Below are positions 55,084 to 64,000 of a stretch of DNA of 64,000 nt, piece by piece. Each line of letters begins with the position of its first letter. Position 1 is the stretch's first letter. This DNA is from Eledone cirrhosa (taxonomy: Eukaryota), in assembly GCA_964016885.1 (NCBI GenBank), contig OZ024750.1, forward strand, positions 27,466,001-27,530,000, in the 5' to 3' direction. A program made the position numbers and the translations under genes. Under the pieces are notes generated by a model. The model was not told the origin of the DNA. It was given only the letters and a program-made list of their open reading frames with translations, and searched no databases.

Positions 55084-55769
55084 ATATATATAAATCAGAA
55101 ACCTGTATAAAGAAATTATATTCATGTATTATTTAAAAAAAAAAAATATAGGAAAATTAGAATTTGGTCTAAACGTTCAATCGACTCTAATGTGGTTGAT
55201 ATTGAACCCCAAGGATCAATAAGTAGTCACATCGATCCTTGGGATTCAATATCGACCACATTAGAGAGCTCTGCTCTATAGTATTTCTCTGTATTTTCTC
55301 CGTTCATTGTTTCTTCTTCGTCAGTCAAAATTCTCCTCATCCTTATCCTCTCTCTCCAGAACAAATAACAAAAACATACATTGTAAACTGTCACTTCTGT
55401 TCTTGAATAGGTTCAAGTGTGAATAGTTCCGTTTTTGTTTCTTTGACCTTGAAAGCCATTCTATTTAACCACATTGTTTTCCTAGTTTTACTATTTACGC
55501 TAAGGTCACCCATATGTCTAATATAGTGAGTTAGACAAACTTTCATTAATTGACAACATTCAGCCAACTGCTAGACACACACAACAAGCGCACACATGAA
55601 CGCGCAAACATACACACACTCACACACACACAAAGTCCATCTATATGTGTTTAATATCTAAAAGCAAAAGGCAAGGAAAGTAGGTTGGGTCACCTGATTT
55701 CCGTACTCATGGACAGGATGGGGATATGGGGTTGGGGGGATTTAGAACATTCGAGGTCTGTCTGTCAGC

Positions 55770-56055
55770 CTCGAGCTCGGAGGCACCTCAGACCGGCACT
55801 TATCCTGGTTTCCGTGGCGTGAAGCGACTGAAAGTACAAGACACCCCCCCCCCGAACAGGATGCCAGTCTATCATATAGTTACCCCCCCCCCCCTCTCAG
55901 CTAATGCTAGTACTCATTTTCAGCTGAGTATACTGGAGCAACGTGAAATGAAGTGTTTCACTCAAGAACAACAGCACCCAATCCAGTCCAGGAACCCAAC
56001 CCACTACATTACAATGATTAATCCAACACGCTTACCACTAAGCCACGTGCCTCCA
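55770..56055 (-). mobile_element. Degenerate S2-type SINE with extended tail (relative of 62550-62790)
   Basis: Minus-strand GTGGCTTAGTGGTAAGCG head and TTCTTGAGTGAAACACTTCATTTCACGTTGCTCCAG core. Confidence 0.7.
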
Positions 56056-56092
56056 CTTACGTTCAAGGTAGACTGCTCTAATCATCAATAAT

Positions 56093-56376
56093 TGACCAGC
56101 CAAGCTCATGGATGTTATCCAACCATCTTGCTCGGGGTCTACCACTGGGTTTCCTATCTGTTGGCTTTGCCCGTAAAATCTGTCCAGCGATTCTTTCCTG
56201 AGACATTCTAATCACATACCCATAGTATCGGAGCCTTGATTTCTCAATTCGGAGAAGTAGCGGCTTTACCTGGAGTGACTCTTTGATCTCCAGGCTACGC
56301 ATGTTATCGAGTATCATTACTCCAAAGACCCCTCGGGGGAATCCCATTTCGGCCGCTTCTATTTGCGATCGTATAA
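56093..56376 (-). mobile_element. RTE LINE fragment
   Basis: IRSQIEAAEMGFPRGVFGVMILDNMRSLEIKESLQVKPLLLRIEKSRLRYYGYVIRMSQERIAGQILRAKPTDRKPSGRPRARWLD. Confidence 0.9.
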
Positions 56377-56467
56377 TTTGTTGAAAATGAAAATAAAAGT
56401 AAAAACAAAACACTCTGTAGAATGTGAAGTTCTTCAAATAAATTGAATAGTATGATATAATCCATAC

Positions 56468-56507
<40 letters not shown>

Positions 56508-57364
56508 ATGTATGTATATATATATACATACTACTGTACGTCTGTATACATATATGTATGTACGTGTACATACTTATATTTAAGTAACAGCCGTACTAAG
56601 AGTGGGAAATGAAATTTCGTTTCATTTTTTCCGAATAGTATGATGTTTTCTGTCTAATACTGTGATATATTTTGCAATCTCCATTGTATTAGTGGCGGTG
56701 GTCGTTGTGAGTTCTGTAACACATTAGGCCATAAGCAATACCTCTTACATTGTATTTAGATCAAGTTAGTTTTGTCGGATCCGTCCATTTCCAAGATGGA
56801 TTGACCTACCAGAGAATTCGAGCGGAGAACTACAAGCTAACGAATTATTGGTCAATTGTATTTCGCCTCTTTAACTTACAGTAGTGAACTGTAGTAGATC
56901 GTCTATTGTTTCCACATTTTCTACAGTCTCCTCCTACACCATTTTCTAAAATAATACACATATATAGAAATAATCAGGTTCAAGTGTGTTTGTCTTGGTC
57001 AACTATTGTTTCAATATTTCCCGCTCAAATCTCTTTCTTCGAAACACAATACACATACTCTCATAATCATGTTCACGTAGTTACAAATACAATATTTATA
57101 AAACACAAGTAAAATATAGCCGGAAAAAAAGCAACAAAAATAAGCAAAGTTCAAAATAATTAATACTTCCCAGCAAAACACTTCATTATTATTATTTTAG
57201 GGAGGGGGGTATTTTGTAAAATTGGTAATAAATATCAGATGACACAAAAGTATATGAAGTGGGGCACGCACAATCGCGCCAACAAACACACACAACTACT
57301 TCTGTAAGACTATAAATATACTCTTAAAAAATACATATATGCATATTAAAGGGTCTATACAGAT

Positions 57365-58580
<1,216 letters not shown>

Positions 58581-59224
58581 TACTCCACATACACGTTTAA
58601 AGTCACAGTCCCTCCTCACATCCTCTTAAACACAATACACATAGTCTCTTAATCAGAATTAAAAACTTAGGTACTTTCAAATACAATCTCCATATATAAA
58701 TCAGTGTGTAGTGAGATATGTACTCATATCAACGAGATTGGGACTTATATAATCACACACTTGTGTGCGGACATAAGCACAATTCTCTTTACTATATTAC
58801 CTTTCCCTAACAGAATAACATGCACTTCTCACTTTAAAACGACCAAAGAAATATGAACCTTATTAATGAATCTTAAGGGTCTTGGTGTTGGTTTTACTTA
58901 AATTAAGGACAAACCACATTGTATTATTTTAAAGTGTTTCTACATTCATCTCCATCAATCAACTGACTTTATATTATATTATATTATATTATATTATATT
59001 ATATTATATTATATTATATTATATTAAATTATAAAAGTGGGAGTTTCATTGTCGATTATTTTTAGAGAAGATGATGTGCTCTCTTAGCTAATTATTTTTA
59101 ATTTAAGTCAGTCACCTGATTTATATCTACCATACACGCGAGAAAGATATGAATGCTATTTAATTATATTAGCCATCCATATATGACATCCACTATAAAT
59201 ATTTCTCCATTCACAATTAATATG

Positions 59225-59805
59225 TGACAATCCACTATAAATATATGACCATCCACTATAAATATGACCATCCACTATAAATATGACAATCTACTACAGA
59301 TATAGACCATCCACTATAGATATGACCATCCACTATAAATATGACCAACCACTATAGATATGACCAACCACTATAGATATGACCATCCACTATAAATATG
59401 ACCATCCACTATAAATATGACCATCCACTATAAATATCACCATCCACTATAAATATGACCATCCACTATAAATATGGCAATCCACTATAGATATGACCAT
59501 CCACTATAAATATGACCATCCACTATAAATATGACCATCCACTATAAATATGACCATCCACTATAGATATGACCAACCACTATAAATATGACCATCCACT
59601 ATAGATATGACCATCCACTATAAATATGACCATCCACTATAAATATGACCATCCACTATAAATATCACCATCCACTATAAATATGACCATCCACTATAAA
59701 TATGACCATCCACTATAAATATGACCATCCACTATAAATATGACAATCCACTATAGATATGACCAACCACTATAAATATGACCAACCACTATAGATATGA
59801 CCATA
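59225..59805 (+). repeat. 19-bp minisatellite, about 30 copies
   Basis: Unit ATATGACCATCCACTATAA. Confidence 0.95.
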
Positions 59806-60259
59806 GAATCTCTGGGAAATATTTAACCTATTTTACATGCAAACCTGAAACATTCTTTATGACGTTTTGTTATCTCATAGGACTCACAGATACCCTGCAT
59901 TTCTGACAGATAATTACTGGTATTTTGGGAGCAATCAATGTTTGAGAATGTGTATTCCGCCTCTTGAGACGAAGCTTGCTACAAATTCTGAAATATAAAA
60001 AATCAAAAAATCTCAGATGTTGTTAGCTGAAAACAAAAAAAAGCCCCTGATAAATGCGAAGGTCTTGGTGTTAGACATAATAGGGATGTATATTGATGTG
60101 GAATGGCTAATCCTTGATCATCTGAGTCCCTAAAAATAAAGCTGTTTTACCTTGCCTTACCGTGATAACAACAGCATGTCTCCTTTAAGGAAAGTATTAT
60201 AAGCAGTTTACTTCATTAATTGTAGTCATCACTAAAGTTTTTTTAGCGGTTAATTTATG

Positions 60260-60436
60260 AATTGGCAGTATTTGTAGAGGGTCGGACATGCTTTCCAGCA
60301 TAGTTACGTCCCTTTACGATCTGAGTTCAAATCCCGCCGAGGTAAACTTTACCTTTCATCCTTACGGGGTAGATAAAATAAAGTACCAGTAATGTACGGA
60401 GTAATTGCTGGCCTTGTGCCAAAAGTAGAAACAATT
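60260..60436 (+). mobile_element. SINE S1
   Basis: Core and boxes. Confidence 0.9.
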
Positions 60437-60695
60437 ATATTATATAATTTATAAGTTTTTGTGTCGTTTCATCCAAAGTGAAAATGAATTCAAAAGAAAC
60501 ACATCAGGAAATTATTGATGGTGTGCTTCGAGAGAAACCCTCAGCAAGATGGTTGGATAGCATTCCATAGGCTTGGCTGGTCTCACTGGAAGGCGTGTCT
60601 GAGGATTCGTTCTCCTCGCCCCTCCCCGGAATATGTGGACGAAGAAGAAAACGAAGATGAAGAAGAAGAGGAAGAAGTAGAAGAAGAAGAAGAAA

Positions 60696-60729
<34 letters not shown>

Positions 60730-61453
60730 TGTTGTTGTAGTACTACTGATATGGATGTATTACCTAAAGTGTAGACAAGATATCTACTGTGTTTACTTAC
60801 ATTTTACTGTAGCGTTTGCTTGGCTAGACCTATAAAATATTTCAATGAACCGCAGAAAAACAGACACATACTTATACATACATAAACATATACATGCTTA
60901 TACATACATATACATACATATACATACATGAACATATATATACATACACATACACATATATATATATATACATACATAAAGGATTGTAAATAAAACGAGT
61001 AAATCAGATAAAGTTGGAATTCCTTTTATTAATAGATACATATATATATATATACATACATACGTATACATCCATATATATATATATACATACATACATA
61101 TATGCATACATATACATACATATACATACGTATACATCCTATACATCCATACACATGCATGCATACATACGTATATATCCATATACATACATATATACAT
61201 ACATACACATACACATGCGTACATACATACAGATGCATATATATGGATACGTACGTACATACACCTACATACACACACACACATACATACATACATACAT
61301 ACATACATACATACATACATACATACATACATACATACATACATGCATAGAAATTATAAAACCAGAAGAACATACATAAATACATATATATACATATATA
61401 CATACATTTATATATACATACATTTATATATACATACATTATTAACACCTAAG

Positions 61454-61671
61454 GGTGGTGGTTTGGTAGTATCGGTAGAGGGTCGGACAACATGCTTTGC
61501 AGCACAGAGTTACGCCCCTTTCTGATCATGAGTTCAAATCATGCCGAGGTTAACTTTACCTTTCATCCTTACGGGGTCGATAAAATAAAGTACCAGTAAT
61601 GCACTGGGATAATTGCTGGCCTTGTGCCAAAAGTAACAATTATTAACACCTAAATTAGGATTGGCTTTTAG

Positions 61672-61705
<34 letters not shown>

Positions 61706-61866
61706 CAAAATAAAATCAGAATTCATCGATAAACTAAAGTACCAGTAATGCACTGGGATAATTGCTGGCCTTGTGCCAAAAGTAACAATTATTAACACCT
61801 AAGTTAGGATTGGCTTTTAGAAAAAAAAAAAAAAAAAAAAAAGAGGCAAAAAAAATCAGAATTCAT
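61454..61866 (+). mobile_element. SINE S1 (TSD ATTATTAACACCTAA) with local tandem duplication of its tail and flank
   Basis: About 61587-61726 is repeated at about 61736-61866. Confidence 0.88.
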
Positions 61867-62179
61867 TTTTAGAATGATAAACAAAATATGAGCCGGAGAG
61901 GTGACAAAAGGTGTAAAGCTGTATTGAAAAGAAGTTCTAAGTCAGAAAATTAGTGTCTCTGTTATCTCGTTACAATATTCTCAGGTGTCATCTACTTTCT
62001 CCTACCTTAAACACATAGTATATAGTTTCTCTTTGTATATTTTAAAAACAATTCCGTCTGTCTCTCTAAAAGTCACTAACTGATAACCGCACATTCTTTT
62101 GACAGGTTTCAACCACTGAAGTATTAACTATCATATAGGATTTATGAAAATGTGAGTGCATAAGAAAAATAATATATTA

Positions 62180-62533
62180 CAGAGTACCACCGGCATTCGC
62201 GGCCGCGGTTATTCGCAGAATTTTCTTTGGAACCTAACTCATAATTGTTCGTGGAAACCACTGCACATTCGCGGAATCCTAAATATTTTCCACGATTTTT
62301 TAATGGCTTTTTTCGTGGCCATATACATTTTTTAACGCTAAATTATTAATCACAATATACTGTAGTTGCCGCTCTATTGGACGCCCCCTTCGCATAGGGC
62401 GGTCCCTCTTTTTTATCATATTTTACGTTATATTTTGACGTTTATAGGCATTTTTATGGACCACGTCCAATGTAGGCGGTTTTTCGCGGGTGCTCTAGGA
62501 ACGTGACCCCCCGCGAATACCGGGGGTCAACTG
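62180..62533. mobile_element. Tigger/pogo-like MITE
   Basis: TIRs CAGAGTACCACCGGCATTCGCGG / CCGCGAATACCGGGGGTCAACTG with TA flanks. Confidence 0.7.
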
Positions 62534-62549
62534 TATTTTATAGTATAGG

Positions 62550-62790
62550 AGGTGAATTGGACTTAGAATCATAATGTCATGGTTTCGATTTCTGGACTGA
62601 GTTGCGTGTTGTGTACTTGAGCAAAACATTTCATTCCACGTTGCTCCAGTATACTCAGCTGAACATGAGTACCAGTAATAGCTGCAGGTATAACCCTGTG
62701 AAGGACTGGTGTCCTGTCCAGGAGGGGAGTCTTGAACCCTCAGTCGCTTCACACCATGAAACCGGGATAAGCATCAGCCTAATGGCTTAA
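62550..62790 (+). mobile_element. S2-type SINE
   Basis: GGTTTCGATTTC B-box-like motif and CTTGAGCAAAACATTTCATTCCACGTTGCTCCAG core. Confidence 0.7.
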
Positions 62791-62960
62791 AACAGACTTT
62801 AAACATTATATAGGAAACCAGCGATTAAACAGTGATTATTTTTCACACAAAAGCTATATAATCTAAAAGGTTTTGTAGTTATGTGTTAAACTCGGTGATT
62901 CTGTGGTGTAAAAAGTCTGTCACGGTGGAAAAGCGATAAGATAGTATGTGTTTGTATAAG

Positions 62961-63046
<86 letters not shown>

Positions 63047-63096
63047 TCTAACAAATCTTTATGGAAAAGGGATGGCAAGAGTGATTATGAGGAACA

Positions 63097-63199
<103 letters not shown>

Positions 63200-63579
63200 T
63201 AATTAAGTTGTATATATAATAATTTCCTGCGGTCAATAAATATATCACTAAACATTCATTTTGGCCTCGTAGTAGCGTTGTGTAAATATCGAAAACAGTG
63301 GAGAGATCCTTATAGTGGGATCACCTATAACATGATTTGGCGTAGATAAATATGGACTGTGTTGTAGAAATGTAAACTTAGTAATTTTCAAGGTGTGGTC
63401 AAAACGATCAACACGAGTACAGAGTTGTCTTCAGAACTTCCTCACACCTGACTCACCTGTCATAACATAACTAAATCTATTTAATTTTTAAGCAATTTAA
63501 TTTTCAACGTTTTTTTCCTTTGCTCCTCTTGGCAAGTATTGCTATTATCACTATTGACTTCTCGTCTCATTATTTCATA

Positions 63580-64000
63580 GGCGGTAGGGCGTTGGATTGG
63601 CAGTATCGCTAGAGGGTTGGACGACATGCTTTGCAGCACCGTTACGTCCCTTTACGGACTGAGTTCAAATCCCGTCGAGGTTCACTTTGCCTTTCATCCT
63701 TACGGGGTCGATAAAATAAAGTACCAGTAATGCACTGGGTAATTGCTGGCCTTGTGCCGAAAGTAGAAACAATTATCACCAAAGGCGGTGGATTGGCAGT
63801 ATCGGTAGAGCGCGGACGCCATTCTTTGCAGTAAAGAGTTACGGCCCTTTATGGTCTGAGTTCCAATCCCGCCGAAGTTAACTTTGCCTTTCATCCTTAC
63901 GGGGTCGATAAAATAAAGCACCAATAACGCACTGGGGTCGATTTAATCCACTTTCCTCTCCCACAAAATTGCTGGCCTTCTGACTATAGTAGAAATCATT
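63580..64000 (+). mobile_element. Two tandem SINE S1 copies
   Basis: Two sets of boxes and cores. Confidence 0.9.

Overview
AT-rich eukaryotic non-coding DNA, most likely from an octopod cephalopod (inferred from the SINE/RTE repertoire and the extreme (TA)n/(CA)n/(TATG)n load). I find no intact host protein-coding gene; almost all listed ORFs are microsatellite translations. The window holds about 28 copies of a tRNA-headed SINE with a CCTTTCATCCTTACGGGGTCGATAAAATAAAGTACCAG core and about 8 copies of a second tRNA-headed CORE-like SINE. It also holds RTE LINE 3' fragments, non-autonomous RTE derivatives, a CRE-type retrotransposon C-terminal fragment, several TcMar/hAT MITEs, a 2.7 kb 42-bp satellite and a 19-bp minisatellite. 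The main unannotated signal is a dense set of short inserts inside (TA)n tracts. They carry minimal hammerhead ribozyme motifs (about 10 with intact CUGANGA/GAAA cores, plus degenerate ones, from several sequence families) and are often folded back as inverted repeats, as expected for Penelope-like element termini. One motif at 43426-43506 has the three hammerhead strands in a non-circularly permuted order. Repeat boundaries were read by eye and are approximate, and no ribozyme activity is demonstrated.
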